Assembly: GCA_963737905.1 (NCBI GenBank)
Contig: CAVTUQ010000008.1
Location: 64,001-128,000 of the forward strand
Origin: an uncultured delta proteobacterium
GTDB lineage: Bacteria; Desulfobacterota; Binatia; UBA9968
Length of the DNA stretch: 64,000 nt
Reading direction: 5' to 3'
Position 1 is the stretch's first letter. Each line of letters starts with the position of its first letter. The position numbers and the translations under genes are program-made. This document shows positions 43,480 to 54,381 of this stretch, piece by piece. The notes beneath the pieces are model-generated. The model saw only the letters and a list, made by a program, of their open reading frames with translations, searched no databases and was not told the DNA's origin.

Positions 43480-43784
43480 ACGAGAAGATCAGGATTCGGC
43501 TCAAAGCCTATGACCACCGCGTGCTGGACCAGTCGGTGGGCGAAATAGTCGAGACCGTCAAGCGTACGGGGGGGAGGGTCGCGGGCCCGATTCCGCTGCC
43601 AACTCGAATCGAGCGTTTCACCGTGAACCGCTCACCTCATGTCGATAAGAAGTCGCGGGATCAGTACGAGATCCGGACGCACAAGAGACTTCTCGATATT
43701 TTGGAGCCGACCCAACAAACCATCGATGCGTTGGGGAAGTTGGATATTGCGGCTGGCGTGGATGTGGAAATAAAGCTCCAGTAA
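43476..43784 (+). CDS. rpsJ: 30S ribosomal protein S10
   Basis: [27 protein letters not shown]. Confidence 0.99.
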   Translation: MNEKIRIRLKAYDHRVLDQSVGEIVETVKRTGGRVAGPIPLPTRIERFTVNRSPHVDKKSRDQYEIRTHKRLLDILEPTQQTIDALGKLDIAAGVDVEIKLQ

Positions 43785-43824
43785 CCAGGGGGTCGATCAA
43801 CGCTCCTTTCTTGGAAAGCTTTTT

Positions 43825-44457
43825 ATGACAGGCCTTATCGGAAAAAAAGTCGGCATGACGCAATTCTACAACGCGGAAGGAAATGTCATTCCGGTGACGG
43901 TTATCCAGACGGGCCCGTGCGTTGTCGTGCAGAAGAAAGAGAGTGCCAAAGACGGGTACAATGCGATCCAAGTGGGCTTCGGTAGCAAGAAGAATCAGCG
44001 CGTCAACAAGCCAGAGCAGGGCCATATGGCCAAGGCCGGTAAGGGGGCGTTCGAAGTTTTGAAGGAATTTCGTTTGGACGATGTGTCGGAATTTCAAGTC
44101 GGGCAGGAGATCAAGGCGGTCGATCTGTTTAAGGCGGGGGATCGCATCGATGTATCCGGAACGTCAAAGGGGCACGGATTTACCGGCGTAATCAAGCGCT
44201 GGTCGTTCGCCGGATTCCCGGGGTCTCACGGTACCCACGAGTACTTTCGTCACGGCGGGTCCATCGGTAACCGTTCCTATCCGGGTCGAGTCCGGAAAGG
44301 AAAAAAAATGGCCGGTCATTGGGGCAACGAACAGATCTCAGTGCAAAACCTCGAGGTCGTAGACATCCGGCCTGAAAATAATCTGTTGCTGGTAAAGGGG
44401 GCGGTCCCTGGGGCCAAGCAGGGAATCGTCGTTGTGCGGCGAGCGGTGAAGGGGTAA
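43825..44457 (+). CDS. rplC: 50S ribosomal protein L3
   Basis: GKKVGMTQ, SKGHGFTG, KGAVPG. Confidence 0.98.
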   Translation: MTGLIGKKVGMTQFYNAEGNVIPVTVIQTGPCVVVQKKESAKDGYNAIQVGFGSKKNQRVNKPEQGHMAKAGKGAFEVLKEFRLDDVSEFQVGQEIKAVDLFKAGDRIDVSGTSKGHGFTGVIKRWSFAGFPGSHGTHEYFRHGGSIGNRSYPGRVRKGKKMAGHWGNEQISVQNLEVVDIRPENNLLLVKGAVPGAKQGIVVVRRAVKG

Positions 44458-44460
44458 ACC

Positions 44461-45057
44461 ATGGAAGTTCACGTGATCCAGCCGGAACTCAAAGAAGAAA
44501 TATTCGGCGTGAAGACGCGGCCTCACCTTCTACATCAAACTGTCGTCATGCAACTCAATAATCGGCGCGCGGGTACGGCGGCCACCAAATCCAAGGGGTG
44601 GGTGCGCGGGGGCGGAAAGAAACCGTGGCGACAGAAGGGTACGGGTCGAGCGCGCGCCGGCAGCATACGATCTCCGCTCTGGGTTGGAGGGGGCACGATC
44701 TTTGGACCACAACCTCGGGACTATTCGTTTCGTATGCCGCGCAAGGCACGCAAGGAAGCTCTGGTCTCGGCGCTCAGCCTGAAGCACCGTGACGGCAAGA
44801 TTATCGTAGTCGATAAACTAGAGCTTGAAGAAGCGAAAACCAAACTCATGGTGAAAGCTTTGGCGGAGCTCAAGGTCACCAGCGCCCTGATTGTGATTCC
44901 GCAGCCGGATGAAAAGATCGAGCGCTCATCGCGCAATCTTCCGGCACTCAAAGTGCTGCGGGTCGAAGGTCTGAATGTCTACGATCTGCTCCGCTACGAA
45001 CATCTCATTTTGACGGAGGGGGCTCTGAAGCTGCTGGAAGAGAGGTTGGCTGCATGA
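44461..45057 (+). CDS. rplD: 50S ribosomal protein L4
   Basis: KPWRQKGTGRARAGSIRSP. Confidence 0.98.
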   Translation: MEVHVIQPELKEEIFGVKTRPHLLHQTVVMQLNNRRAGTAATKSKGWVRGGGKKPWRQKGTGRARAGSIRSPLWVGGGTIFGPQPRDYSFRMPRKARKEALVSALSLKHRDGKIIVVDKLELEEAKTKLMVKALAELKVTSALIVIPQPDEKIERSSRNLPALKVLRVEGLNVYDLLRYEHLILTEGALKLLEERLAA

Positions 45058-45344
45058 GAGGGCTTCAAGAAATCATTCGCGGTCCGTTGATTTCGGAAAA
45101 GGGATCGTTGCTAGCCGAGAGTACCCAGCAGGTGTTGTTCAAGATACAGCCTGATGCCAACAAGATAGAAGTAAAAAAAGCCGTTGAAACGCTTTTCAAA
45201 GTGAAAGTGGTCAAGGTCCGCATGGCGCGTTACCTAGGTAAGATTCGGCGAGTCGGCAAGAACATGGGGCGCAGACCGGAATGGAAGAAGGCCTATGTGA
45301 CTCTCAGGGAAGGCGACAAGATCGATTTTTTTGGCGGGGCTTAG
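45054..45344 (+). CDS. rplW: 50S ribosomal protein L23
   Basis: PLISEK, ANKIEVKKAVE, WKKAYVTL. Confidence 0.97.
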   Translation: MRGLQEIIRGPLISEKGSLLAESTQQVLFKIQPDANKIEVKKAVETLFKVKVVKVRMARYLGKIRRVGKNMGRRPEWKKAYVTLREGDKIDFFGGA

Positions 45345-45359
45345 TTAGAAGGATCAAAA

Positions 45360-46187
45360 ATGGCGATTAAGAACTATCAGCCTACGTCCCCGGGCATGCG
45401 TTTCAGAACCGGCCTCACGTTCGACGAGGTCACCAAAAAAGCGCCCGACAAGAGCTTGCGCGAGTCGCTTAAGCACAGCGGCGGGCGCAACAACACCGGT
45501 CGCATCACGGCAGATCATCGGGGTGGAGGCCACAAGCGTCTGTATCGCTTGATCGATTTCAAACGCGACAAGAAAAATATTCCGGCCAAAGTCGAGGCCA
45601 TCGAGTATGATCCTAATCGTTCGGCGCGGATCGCTTTGCTTCGTTACGCGGATGGCGAGCGGCGTTACATTCTAGCGCCGGGGCGGTTGCAGGTCGGGGA
45701 CTCTGTTATCGCTGGCGATGACAATGTAGATATCCAACCAGGCAATTCGCTGCCGCTCAAATTTATTCCTGTGGGAACGGTTGTCCATAACGTAGAACTG
45801 AAGATCGGTAAAGGCGGACAACTGGTTCGCAGTGCTGGATCCGGCGCCCAGCTTATGGCCAAGGAAGGCTCCTATGCTCTATTGAAGATGCCTTCAGGCG
45901 AGCTTCGCTATGTCCTATCCGAGTGTCGAGCCTCCGTCGGCCAAGTGGGCAACGCGGATCAGGAAAATATTTCTTGGGGGAAAGCGGGAAGAATACGCTG
46001 GCTTGGGTGGCGCCCCGGAAGTCGCGGTATCGCCAAGAACCCGGTCGATCATCCCCACGGTGGCGGCGAAGGACGGTCAAAGGGAAATCATCCTATGACC
46101 CCATGGGGCAAACCGACCAAGGGATACAAAACGCGGAAAAATCATTTGTCCGACAAGTATATTGTGAAGGGTAGAAAGGCGAAGTAA
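45360..46187 (+). CDS. rplB: 50S ribosomal protein L2
   Basis: [20 protein letters not shown]. Confidence 0.99.
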   Translation: MAIKNYQPTSPGMRFRTGLTFDEVTKKAPDKSLRESLKHSGGRNNTGRITADHRGGGHKRLYRLIDFKRDKKNIPAKVEAIEYDPNRSARIALLRYADGERRYILAPGRLQVGDSVIAGDDNVDIQPGNSLPLKFIPVGTVVHNVELKIGKGGQLVRSAGSGAQLMAKEGSYALLKMPSGELRYVLSECRASVGQVGNADQENISWGKAGRIRWLGWRPGSRGIAKNPVDHPHGGGEGRSKGNHPMTPWGKPTKGYKTRKNHLSDKYIVKGRKAK

Positions 46188-46189
46188 CG

Positions 46190-46558
46190 ATGGCACGTTC
46201 GGTGAAGAAAGGACCCTTTGTCGACGCGCACCTGACGAAGAAAATTGCGGCGATGAACGAATCTCGCCAGAAACGGGTCATTCAGACCTGGTCCCGCCGC
46301 TCGACGGTTACGCCGGAAATGATCGGTCATACGATCGGCGTCCATAATGGGAGAAAATTCATTCCGGTCTTCGTTACAGAAAACATGGTGGGACATAAGC
46401 TCGGAGAATTCTCTCCGACCCGCACCTTCTTCGTACACTCCGGGGATCGTAAAGGAGAAGCCAAGGAGACGGTGGGGGCGGCCGCTCCCGCAGCCGGACC
46501 TCCGGCCGCCGGCACGGCCGCAGCCGTTCAAAGACCGGCTGCGGCTCCCAAAAGTTGA
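46190..46558 (+). CDS. rpsS: 30S ribosomal protein S19 with Ala/Pro-rich C-terminal extension
   Basis: [27 protein letters not shown]. Confidence 0.98.
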   Translation: MARSVKKGPFVDAHLTKKIAAMNESRQKRVIQTWSRRSTVTPEMIGHTIGVHNGRKFIPVFVTENMVGHKLGEFSPTRTFFVHSGDRKGEAKETVGAAAPAAGPPAAGTAAAVQRPAAAPKS

Positions 46559-46614
46559 ACCAATTTGATGCGAGGGAGCCTAACGGGATTCAAGTAGCGA
46601 TGGTCATCTAGGTT

Positions 46615-46959
46615 ATGGAAGCTCAAGCGATCACCAAGTATGTGCGGCTCTCTCCACGAAAAGTGCGGCTGGTCGTAGACCAGATTCGCGGTAAAGGGGT
46701 TGAGGAAGCACTGAGTATTCTCAAATTTGTGCCGAAGCGTTCCGCGGCAATTGTCGCCAAGACCCTACGTACGGCAGTGGCCAATGCGGAGAACACCCAG
46801 AGTGTTGATGTGGACCGACTCTATGTAAAGCAGGTTAAGGTAGATGAAGGCGGGATGTGGAAACGATTTACCCCTCGAGCTCAGGGTCGAGCCACACGGA
46901 TCCGCAAACGCCTGAGTCATATCACTATCGTGGTGGACGAGGTCAGCGAGAGGAGCTAA
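46615..46959 (+). CDS. rplV: 50S ribosomal protein L22
   Basis: SPRKVRLV, PRAQGRA, SHITIV. Confidence 0.98.
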   Translation: MEAQAITKYVRLSPRKVRLVVDQIRGKGVEEALSILKFVPKRSAAIVAKTLRTAVANAENTQSVDVDRLYVKQVKVDEGGMWKRFTPRAQGRATRIRKRLSHITIVVDEVSERS

Positions 46960-46965
46960 GAGCTG

Positions 46966-47628
46966 ATGGGCCAAAAAACACACCCCAAAATTTTTCGCCT
47001 CGGCGTCATCGAGTCTTGGGACTCTAAATGGTTTGCACGTCATGATTATCCTAAACTGCTCCACGAAGACTTTAGGGTCAAAAAATTTTTGAAGAGCCGT
47101 CTTTACCATGCGGGCATCTCGAGGATTGAGATCGAAAGGGCGGCGAACAAAGCAAAAATCAACATTTACACGGCTCGCCCGGGAATCGTTATTGGCAAAA
47201 AGGGCGCCGAGATCGAAAAGCTGAAGGAAGAGATCGCCAAATTGACCAACCGTGACACCTACATCAATATCCATGAGGTGAGGCGACCGGACCTTGACGC
47301 CCAGCTCGTTGCTGAAAACGTTGCGCTACAGTTGGAACGGAGGGTTGCCTTCCGACGCGCCATGAAAGAGAGTGTCTCTCGGGCCATGCGTATGGGAGCC
47401 CAGGGCGTGAGAATCCAGTGTGCTGGTCGATTAGGAGGCTCGGAAATCGCTCGCACCGAGTGGTATCGCGAAGGGCGGGTGCCGCTGCACACGTTGCGGG
47501 CCGATATCAACTACGGGTTTGCAGAGGCGCGCACGACCTATGGCATCATTGGGGTAAAAGCCTGGATCTTCAGGGGCGAGGTCTTAACCGAAGAGGAAGA
47601 GCAACAGAAAGCAATGTTAGGCGGTTGA
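46966..47628 (+). CDS. rpsC: 30S ribosomal protein S3
   Basis: [26 protein letters not shown]. Confidence 0.99.
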   Translation: MGQKTHPKIFRLGVIESWDSKWFARHDYPKLLHEDFRVKKFLKSRLYHAGISRIEIERAANKAKINIYTARPGIVIGKKGAEIEKLKEEIAKLTNRDTYINIHEVRRPDLDAQLVAENVALQLERRVAFRRAMKESVSRAMRMGAQGVRIQCAGRLGGSEIARTEWYREGRVPLHTLRADINYGFAEARTTYGIIGVKAWIFRGEVLTEEEEQQKAMLGG

Positions 47629-47661
47629 GAGCCGGGTCACTAATCCTTTTAGTACTTTAAC

Positions 47662-48087
47662 ATGCTAGAACCGAAAAAAGTAAAATACCGAAAATTGCAA
47701 AAGGGACGCCGGCGCGGCACGGCGCACCGCGGCTCTTCTCTGGCCTTCGGCGAGTACGGGCTAAAGGCCATCGAGCGAGGTTGGATGAGCGCACGCGAGA
47801 TCGAAGCGGCTCGAGTCGCCCTCACTCGTTATCTCAAGCGGGGCGGTAAGGTCTGGATTCGGATCTTTCCCGACAAGCCGTTAACTAAGAAGCCGGCGGA
47901 GACCCGTATGGGAAAGGGAAAAGGTGCTCCCGAGATGTGGGTTGCAGTGATTCAACCAGGGCGCATATTGTTCGAAATGGAGGGTGTAGACGGACCGCTC
48001 GCACGGGAGGCTTTCCGTCTAGCGGCGCATAAACTGTCCATCCCGACGATTTTCGTGGAGCGGAAAGGACTCGCCCATGCAAGCTAA
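47662..48087 (+). CDS. rplP: 50S ribosomal protein L16
   Basis: IEAARVA, RMGKGKG. Confidence 0.99.
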   Translation: MLEPKKVKYRKLQKGRRRGTAHRGSSLAFGEYGLKAIERGWMSAREIEAARVALTRYLKRGGKVWIRIFPDKPLTKKPAETRMGKGKGAPEMWVAVIQPGRILFEMEGVDGPLAREAFRLAAHKLSIPTIFVERKGLAHAS

Positions 48088-48286
48088 AGAACTGCGCGAT
48101 ATGAGTGCAGACGATCTAAGTCAGAAATGCGCAGAGCTTCGGGAAGAGATCGGCCATCTGAAACTGAAACGGGCCACAAGCAGGTTGGAAAACCCGATGA
48201 AGTTGCGTCAGACCAAACGAGACTTAGCCCGGGTGGAGACCCTTCTTCGAGAAAAGGCGTTAGAGGGTGGGAAAGGCGCGGCATGA
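48077..48286 (+). CDS. rpmC: 50S ribosomal protein L29
   Basis: [18 protein letters not shown]; synteny. Confidence 0.95.
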   Translation: MQAKELRDMSADDLSQKCAELREEIGHLKLKRATSRLENPMKLRQTKRDLARVETLLREKALEGGKGAA

Positions 48287-48576
48287 TTGAGAGAGGGCTC
48301 AGAAAAGAGCGAATGGGGTTGGTGATCAGCGACCGGATGCAGAAAACGGTAGTTGTTTCTGTGGAGCGGACGGTCATGCACCCGAAGTATAAAAAGTACC
48401 TACGGCGCCGGACTAAGGTGAAGGCGCATGATGAACGCAACCAGAGCCGTGTGGGAGACCGGGTGTTGATTGTCGAATGTCGGCCGCTCAGTCGGGATAA
48501 GCGGTGGCGCGTGAGCCGCGTCCTCGAGCGAGCCAAAACGACGGAGATCGGCCAGTCAAAGGCAGACGCTGTCTGA
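48283..48576 (+). CDS. rpsQ: 30S ribosomal protein S17
   Basis: [27 protein letters not shown]. Confidence 0.97.
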   Translation: MIERGLRKERMGLVISDRMQKTVVVSVERTVMHPKYKKYLRRRTKVKAHDERNQSRVGDRVLIVECRPLSRDKRWRVSRVLERAKTTEIGQSKADAV

Positions 48577-48596
48577 GCCGCAGGTGAGGTTGATTC

Positions 48597-48965
48597 ATGA
48601 TCCAGATGAGAACGGTGTTGGATGTGGCGGATAACTCGGGGGCGCGAAAGGTGCAGTGCATCAAAGTCCTGGGAGGCAGCAAGCGGAAGTATGCGTCCAT
48701 CGGCGACATTATTGTGGTTTCCGTCAAGGAAGCGATTCCCAACGCCAAAGTAAAAAAGGGCGAGGTCACGAAGGCCGTGGTGGTCCGAACGGCGAAGGAG
48801 ATAGGGAGGCCGGACGGGACCTATATCCGATTCGACAACAACTCGGCGGTGCTGATCGACAATCAGAAGGAGCCGATCGGGACCCGCATCTTTGGACCGG
48901 TGGCGCGCGAACTCCGGGCCAAAAAATTCATGAAGATTATCTCGCTCGCACCCGAAGTACTTTAG
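48597..48965 (+). CDS. rplN: 50S ribosomal protein L14
   Basis: [26 protein letters not shown]. Confidence 0.99.
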   Translation: MIQMRTVLDVADNSGARKVQCIKVLGGSKRKYASIGDIIVVSVKEAIPNAKVKKGEVTKAVVVRTAKEIGRPDGTYIRFDNNSAVLIDNQKEPIGTRIFGPVARELRAKKFMKIISLAPEVL

Positions 48966-48988
48966 TCGGAATTGAGGAGAAAGCGCTC

Positions 48989-49300
48989 GTGCAGATTCGC
49001 AAGAATGACAGTGTCATGGTGATCTCGGGAAGGGAGAAGGGAAAGACCGGCAAGGTTCTTCGCGTTCGCTCCAAGCAGGACGCTGTCATTATCGAAAGAG
49101 TTAACATGGTAAAGCGGCACAGTCGGCCGCGTGGCCCGCAGCAACCGGGGGGTATTGTGGAAAAGGAAGCCGCTATTCGCGTTTCCAACATCATGCTGAT
49201 GTGTGATAAGTGCAACGCTCCGGTGCGTGTCGGGCGAAAGATTCTGGCGGATGGGAATAAAATCCGTGTCTGCCGGCGGTGTAGCGAAGCCCTAGACTAG
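48989..49300 (+). CDS. rplX: 50S ribosomal protein L24 (GTG start)
   Basis: IRKNDSVMVISGREKGKTG, GGIVEKEA; GAGGAG RBS. Confidence 0.96.
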   Translation: MQIRKNDSVMVISGREKGKTGKVLRVRSKQDAVIIERVNMVKRHSRPRGPQQPGGIVEKEAAIRVSNIMLMCDKCNAPVRVGRKILADGNKIRVCRRCSEALD

Positions 49301-49311
49301 GGTAGGATGGG

Positions 49312-49851
49312 ATGGCGAGACTGAAGCAGAAATATCAGGACGAAGTCGTGCCGGCGATGATGAAGGAGTTCGGCTATAAGAACTCCATGCAGGTGCCCCG
49401 GCTAGAAAAAATTACCGTCAATGTCGGACTCGGAGAGGCGACGCAAAATATCAAGGTTCTCGATACCGCCGTGGCCGAGGTCACCGCCATCACCGGACAG
49501 AAGCCGGTGGTGACGCGCGCTAAAAAGTCTATCGCTAACTTCAAGCTGCGGGAAGGGGTTCCGATCGGTTGCATGGTCACCTTGAGGCAGGAGCGCATGT
49601 ACGAATTTCTCGACCGACTGATTCACGTCGCACTGCCGCGAGTTCGCGATTTCAAGGGGATCTCGGATCGGTCATTCGATGGTCGCGGGAATTATTCCCT
49701 CGGCTTGCGCGAGCAAATTATTTTTCCGGAGATTCCGGTGGACAAAGTCGAGAAAACACGAGGGATGACCGTCTCGTTCATCACCAACGCGAAGACGGAT
49801 AACGAAGGCAGGACTCTGCTCAAGTTGCTGGGGATGCCTTTTGTTAGTTGA
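49312..49851 (+). CDS. rplE: 50S ribosomal protein L5
   Basis: [22 protein letters not shown]. Confidence 0.99.
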   Translation: MARLKQKYQDEVVPAMMKEFGYKNSMQVPRLEKITVNVGLGEATQNIKVLDTAVAEVTAITGQKPVVTRAKKSIANFKLREGVPIGCMVTLRQERMYEFLDRLIHVALPRVRDFKGISDRSFDGRGNYSLGLREQIIFPEIPVDKVEKTRGMTVSFITNAKTDNEGRTLLKLLGMPFVS

Positions 49852-49870
49852 TCCATGAGGGGGATTTCCA

Positions 49871-50056
49871 TTGGCCAAGACATGTCTTCGAATTAAGGCG
49901 GAACGACCGAATCGGTTCAAGGTACGGGAATATAATCGCTGTCCCCTGTGTGGTCGAGCGCGGGCGTTTTATCGGCGCTTTCGTATGTGCCGGCTGTGTC
50001 TGCGCGATCATGCGCGCAAGGGTCATATCCCGGGACTGATCAAAGCCAGTTGGTAG
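49871..50056 (+). CDS. rpsN: 30S ribosomal protein S14, short Zn-binding type Z (TTG start)
   Basis: 61 aa, RCPLCGR..CRLC, KASW. Confidence 0.97.
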   Translation: MAKTCLRIKAERPNRFKVREYNRCPLCGRARAFYRRFRMCRLCLRDHARKGHIPGLIKASW

Positions 50057-50071
50057 AGGGCGGAGACTACG

Positions 50072-50476
50072 ATGGGAATGACGGATCCAATTGCAGATAT
50101 GTTAACCCGTATACGTAACGCCTCCCGGGCACGCCATCAAAAGGTGGCCATCCCGTGGTCGCGTGTGAAAGAAAACATCATCAACGTTCTGATTGAGGAA
50201 GGCTACATAAGAGAATCGAAGAAGGTCAAGGCTTCCCAGGGCGCGGGTGACGAGCTTGTGATTCAACTAAAATTCGACCGAGAAAGTCGTCCCGTGATTG
50301 TAGGGATCAGGCGCGTCAGCAGGCCAAGCCGCAGGGTCTACGTCGGCGGGCAGGCCGTGACTCCGATCCGAAAAGGATTGGGCGTAAACATTTTGTCGAC
50401 TCCCAAAGGGATCATGGCGGACCGGGAAGCGCAAAGAGCAAAGGTCGGAGGAGAACTCATCTGCTCGGTATGGTAG
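50072..50476 (+). CDS. rpsH: 30S ribosomal protein S8
   Basis: DPIADMLTRIRN, LSTPKG, GGELIC. Confidence 0.98.
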   Translation: MGMTDPIADMLTRIRNASRARHQKVAIPWSRVKENIINVLIEEGYIRESKKVKASQGAGDELVIQLKFDRESRPVIVGIRRVSRPSRRVYVGGQAVTPIRKGLGVNILSTPKGIMADREAQRAKVGGELICSVW

Positions 50477-50494
50477 TTTAGGACGAGGTGTAGA

Positions 50495-51046
50495 GTGTCA
50501 CGAATCGGAAAGCTGCCCATAACGATTCCAAGTGGGGTTAAGGTGGCCGTTGAACCCAGGGAAGTCCGTTTGGAAGGGCCCAAGGGGAAGCTCAAAACGA
50601 CTATTCCGGCTGGGGTCAATGTCAAAGTAGAGGGGAATTTGCTTCGAGTCGAGCGGGAGGGGGAAGAGCGTCAAGTTCGGGCTTTGCATGGGCTTACCCG
50701 AAAGTTGATCTCCAACATGACCCAGGGTGTCAGCGAGGGCTTTAGCCGCGTGCTTGAAATCAACGGGGTTGGTTATCGCGCCGAGGTCAAAGGCCAGGAG
50801 ATCCACATCACGTTGGGTTTTTCTCACCCTGTAGTGTTTTCCCTGCCCCAAGGCGTCGCTGCTTCTGTGGAGAGACAGGTGATCATAACCCTCAGCAGTG
50901 CGGATCGCCAGCTGCTCGGAGAAACTGCCGCGAAGCTACGTGGCCTCAGACCGCCTGAGCCGTACAAAGGCAAGGGCGTTAAATATCGTGAAGAAGTCAT
51001 TCGCCGCAAAGCCGGAAAAGCGGTGGGTTCCGCGGGTAGCGCGTAG
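50495..51046 (+). CDS. rplF: 50S ribosomal protein L6
   Basis: SRIGKLP, GVGYRA, PEPYKGKG. Confidence 0.98.
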   Translation: MSRIGKLPITIPSGVKVAVEPREVRLEGPKGKLKTTIPAGVNVKVEGNLLRVEREGEERQVRALHGLTRKLISNMTQGVSEGFSRVLEINGVGYRAEVKGQEIHITLGFSHPVVFSLPQGVAASVERQVIITLSSADRQLLGETAAKLRGLRPPEPYKGKGVKYREEVIRRKAGKAVGSAGSA

Positions 51047-51065
51047 CGAGTGAGGTCAAAAACAG

Positions 51066-51431
51066 ATGGCAAATAAGCAGAAAGACATGGCCCGCACGAG
51101 ACGAAAACAGCGGGTTCGGAAAAAGGTCCTGGGAACGGATCAGCGGCCCCGGATTTCTGTATTCAAGAGCAACAAGCATATCTACGCGCAAATCATTTCC
51201 GATGATCGTGGGATCACGTTGGCATCGGTCTCGACACTCTCCAAAGATTTAGCGACCCAGGTCGAGAACATCAAAGGCGTGGAGGCCGCTAAGCAGGTCG
51301 GGTTGGTGCTGGCCAGGATCTGTAAGGAAAAAAATATTTCGCATGTCATTTTCGATCGCAACGGCTTTCTCTTTCATGGTCGGGTCAAGGCCATTGCCGA
51401 TGGTGCACGTGAAGGCGGATTGGAGTTTTAA
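51066..51431 (+). CDS. rplR: 50S ribosomal protein L18
   Basis: [23 protein letters not shown]. Confidence 0.98.
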   Translation: MANKQKDMARTRRKQRVRKKVLGTDQRPRISVFKSNKHIYAQIISDDRGITLASVSTLSKDLATQVENIKGVEAAKQVGLVLARICKEKNISHVIFDRNGFLFHGRVKAIADGAREGGLEF

Positions 51432-51453
51432 AACTTTATGGAGCGAGGTTTCC

Positions 51454-51951
51454 TTGGAACGGATTGATCCGCAGGGTTTGGAGTTGAAAGAGAAAGTGGT
51501 TCACATTAGCCGGGTGGCCAAAGTGGTAAAAGGCGGCCGACGATTCAGCTTCAGCGCGCTGGTAGTGGTGGGTGATAACCATGCTGTTGTCGGTCACGGA
51601 ATGGGAAAAGCGAACGAAGTCCCGGAAGCGATACGAAAGGGTCTAGAACAGGCCAAGAAAAATTTGATTCGAGTTCCCGTGATGGAAGGAACCATCCCCT
51701 TTGAGGTGAGTGGAAGGTTTGGTGCCGGGTACGTGATTCTCAAACCTGCGTCTGATGGAACGGGAGTCATCGCCGGTGGAGGCGTGCGAGCGGTGGTGGA
51801 AGCGGCGGGGATACAAAACGTTTTGACCAAGTGTCTCGGCTCCAACAACCCGCACAATATGGTCAAGGCGACGTTTGAAGCGCTAAAAGATTTGCGTCCT
51901 CCCGAGGAAATTGCCGACCGGCGAGGAAAGGTACTGGCGGAGATCCGCTGA
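51454..51951 (+). CDS. rpsE: 30S ribosomal protein S5 (TTG start)
   Basis: [22 protein letters not shown]. Confidence 0.97.
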   Translation: MERIDPQGLELKEKVVHISRVAKVVKGGRRFSFSALVVVGDNHAVVGHGMGKANEVPEAIRKGLEQAKKNLIRVPVMEGTIPFEVSGRFGAGYVILKPASDGTGVIAGGGVRAVVEAAGIQNVLTKCLGSNNPHNMVKATFEALKDLRPPEEIADRRGKVLAEIR

Positions 51952-51959
51952 GGATGAGC

Positions 51960-52412
51960 ATGAAACTAAGTGATCTGAGACCGGCGCAGGGTTCCAATAA
52001 TAAACGGAAGCGCGTAGGCCGGGGAGATGGCTCTGGCCATGGAAAGACCTCGTGCCGAGGCCACAAGGGACAGGGCGCTCGGTCCGGAGGAGGCACCCGC
52101 CCCGGGTTCGAAGGCGGCCAGATGCCGCTCCAGCGGCGTCTTCCAAAGCGCGGGTTTCATAATCCCTTTCGAGTTGAAATGGCGATCGTTAATCTGGAGC
52201 AGTTGGAAGCGTTCCCATCGGGGAGCGAAGTGACGCCCGCGCTGCTCGCCGAAAAAGGGCTTTTGCGCGGCAAGAACCAAAGAGTCAAGATACTCGGTGA
52301 TGGCGCCTTGACGAAGCCGTTGACGATCAAGGCCCATGGATTTTCTGCCAAGGCTAAAGATAAAATCGAAGCCTGCGGCGGCAAATTGGAGTTGTTGGAG
52401 GCCCATGCTTAA
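51960..52412 (+). CDS. rplO: 50S ribosomal protein L15
   Basis: [28 protein letters not shown]. Confidence 0.98.
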   Translation: MKLSDLRPAQGSNNKRKRVGRGDGSGHGKTSCRGHKGQGARSGGGTRPGFEGGQMPLQRRLPKRGFHNPFRVEMAIVNLEQLEAFPSGSEVTPALLAEKGLLRGKNQRVKILGDGALTKPLTIKAHGFSAKAKDKIEACGGKLELLEAHA

Positions 52413-53715
52413 CGGTTTCCAGAACGCCTCGAAAATTCCCGAGCTCAGGCGTCGGGTCCTCTTTACCCTGGCGATGTTGGCGGTGTATCGGCTCGGCGTT
52501 CATGTACCAACGCCGGGAATCGATCGCCAGGCACTGGCGGCCTACTTTGAGCAGGTCAAAGGAACGATTTTCGGACTTTTCAATCTCTTTTCTGGCGGCG
52601 CTCTTGAGCAATTTTCGGTTTTTTCCCTGGGCATTATGCCCTACATCAGCGCATCAATCATTCTGCAGTTGTTGACGGTGGTTTTTCCTTATATCGAAAG
52701 GCTTTCGAAGGAGGGCGAAGCCGGGCGGCGCAAAATCACCCAATATACGCGTTACGGGACGGTGGTCTTATCGATCATTCAAGGACTCATGATTAGCTTT
52801 GGGCTGGAGGGAACGCGGGGTCCTGGAGGCGCCGCCATCGTTTTAAACCCGGGTTGGAGCTTCCGGCTGATGACCGTGATCACGCTGACATCGGGCACGG
52901 CGTTTATTATGTGGCTGGGTGAGCAAATTACCGAACGAGGAATTGGGAACGGTATCTCTCTGATCATTTTTGCGGGCATCGTGGCCCGGCTCCCATCGGC
53001 GCTTACGACAACCTTTCAGTTCATTCGCGAAGGGGAATTGGGAGTCTTGATTGCGTTGTTTCTGCTCGTTTTTACCGTCGTCATTGTGGGAGTCATCATT
53101 TTCATGGAACGAGGACAGAGACGTATTCCTGTCCAGTACGCCAAACGGGTGGTTGGACGGAAGATGTACGGTGGGCAAAGCTCCCACTTGCCATTAAAGA
53201 TCAATACAGCGGGAGTGATTCCGCCGATTTTTGCCTCGTCTATTCTGATCTTTCCCGCCACGGTTGCTCAGTTCGCCCCTTACCCTTGGGTACAATCGAT
53301 CTCGGGCATGTTGAGCCCGGGACAATGGCTTCACGATTTGGTGTATGTAGTACTGATTATTTTCTTTGCTTATTTTTATACTGCGGTTGTCTTCAATCCC
53401 GTGGACGTAGCTGAAAACATGAAAAAATTTGGCGGCTACATTCCTGGAATCAGACCCGGGCAGAAGACGGCGGAGTTTATCGACCGAGTCCTCTCCCGCA
53501 TCACGTTGGGGGGAGCGCTTTATATTTCCGTTGTTGCGCTTTTGCCGACGATTTTGATCCAGCAGCTTAATGTGCCGTTCTACTTCGGCGGGACAGCGCT
53601 GCTGATCGTGGTCGGGGTCGCGCTGGACACGGTAGCACAGATGGAGACCCATTTGATTACCCGCAACTATGAGGGTTTCATGAAGCGAGGGCGCTTGCGG
53701 GGGAGAAGGGGCTAG
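52405..53715 (+). CDS. secY: Preprotein translocase SecY
   Basis: [39 protein letters not shown]. Confidence 0.99.
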   Translation: MLNGFQNASKIPELRRRVLFTLAMLAVYRLGVHVPTPGIDRQALAAYFEQVKGTIFGLFNLFSGGALEQFSVFSLGIMPYISASIILQLLTVVFPYIERLSKEGEAGRRKITQYTRYGTVVLSIIQGLMISFGLEGTRGPGGAAIVLNPGWSFRLMTVITLTSGTAFIMWLGEQITERGIGNGISLIIFAGIVARLPSALTTTFQFIREGELGVLIALFLLVFTVVIVGVIIFMERGQRRIPVQYAKRVVGRKMYGGQSSHLPLKINTAGVIPPIFASSILIFPATVAQFAPYPWVQSISGMLSPGQWLHDLVYVVLIIFFAYFYTAVVFNPVDVAENMKKFGGYIPGIRPGQKTAEFIDRVLSRITLGGALYISVVALLPTILIQQLNVPFYFGGTALLIVVGVALDTVAQMETHLITRNYEGFMKRGRLRGRRG

Positions 53716-53718
53716 CGG

Positions 53719-54381
53719 TTGGCGAGTTTACGCGTCGTTTTGCTAGGGCCTCCAGGGGCCGGTAAAGGGACTCAGGCGAAGCTGCTCCACGAGAAGTTCG
53801 AAGCTTGTCAGGTATCGACGGGGGACATTCTCAGGAAGGCTGTGGCGGACCAAAGTCCGGTAGGAAAAGAGGCTTCCGAATACATTAAGAGCGGGACCTT
53901 GGTGCCGGACAGTGTTATTGTCAAGCTCGTCGCAGAACGGCTGAAGGAAAAAGATTGCGCGCGCGGTTTCATTCTCGACGGCTTCCCGAGGACGATTCCA
54001 CAGGCTCGAAGCCTCGATGAGATACTGCAGAAAATGGGATTGGGGCTGCATTCTGTTTTATCGGTGCAGGTGCCCCATAACCTCATTGTTGAACGGCTTG
54101 CCGGGCGCCGAACCTGCAAGAATTGTGGTGCGCTATACCATCTGAACTTCAATCCTCCGACGAAGGAGAATATTTGTGATCGCTGTGGTGGCGAGCTTCT
54201 TCAACGGGACGATGATCGTGAAGAAACCATCGGTGCGCGTCTGAAGGTGTATGACGATCAGACCGCGCCTTTGGTCGATTACTACCGGCGGCGGGGGATA
54301 TTGAGGGAAATCGATGGCGTTGGAAAAGTAGACGACATCGGAAACCGTATGCTAAAGGCCCTAGGGGACCTGACGCCGTGA
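53719..54381 (+). CDS. adk: Adenylate kinase (Zn-LID type)
   Basis: GPPGAGKGTQA, LDGFPRT, CKNC..CDRC. Confidence 0.98.
   Translation: MASLRVVLLGPPGAGKGTQAKLLHEKFEACQVSTGDILRKAVADQSPVGKEASEYIKSGTLVPDSVIVKLVAERLKEKDCARGFILDGFPRTIPQARSLDEILQKMGLGLHSVLSVQVPHNLIVERLAGRRTCKNCGALYHLNFNPPTKENICDRCGGELLQRDDDREETIGARLKVYDDQTAPLVDYYRRRGILREIDGVGKVDDIGNRMLKALGDLTP

Noticed and set aside
44461-44510. Slightly short N-terminus of L4
   Set aside because: This region varies naturally and the frame is intact; not assessable without an alignment.
48656-48988. Apparent 111-aa N-terminal extension of L24 overlapping rplN
   Set aside because: An open alternative frame only; the real start is the GTG at 48989 with a GAGGAG RBS.
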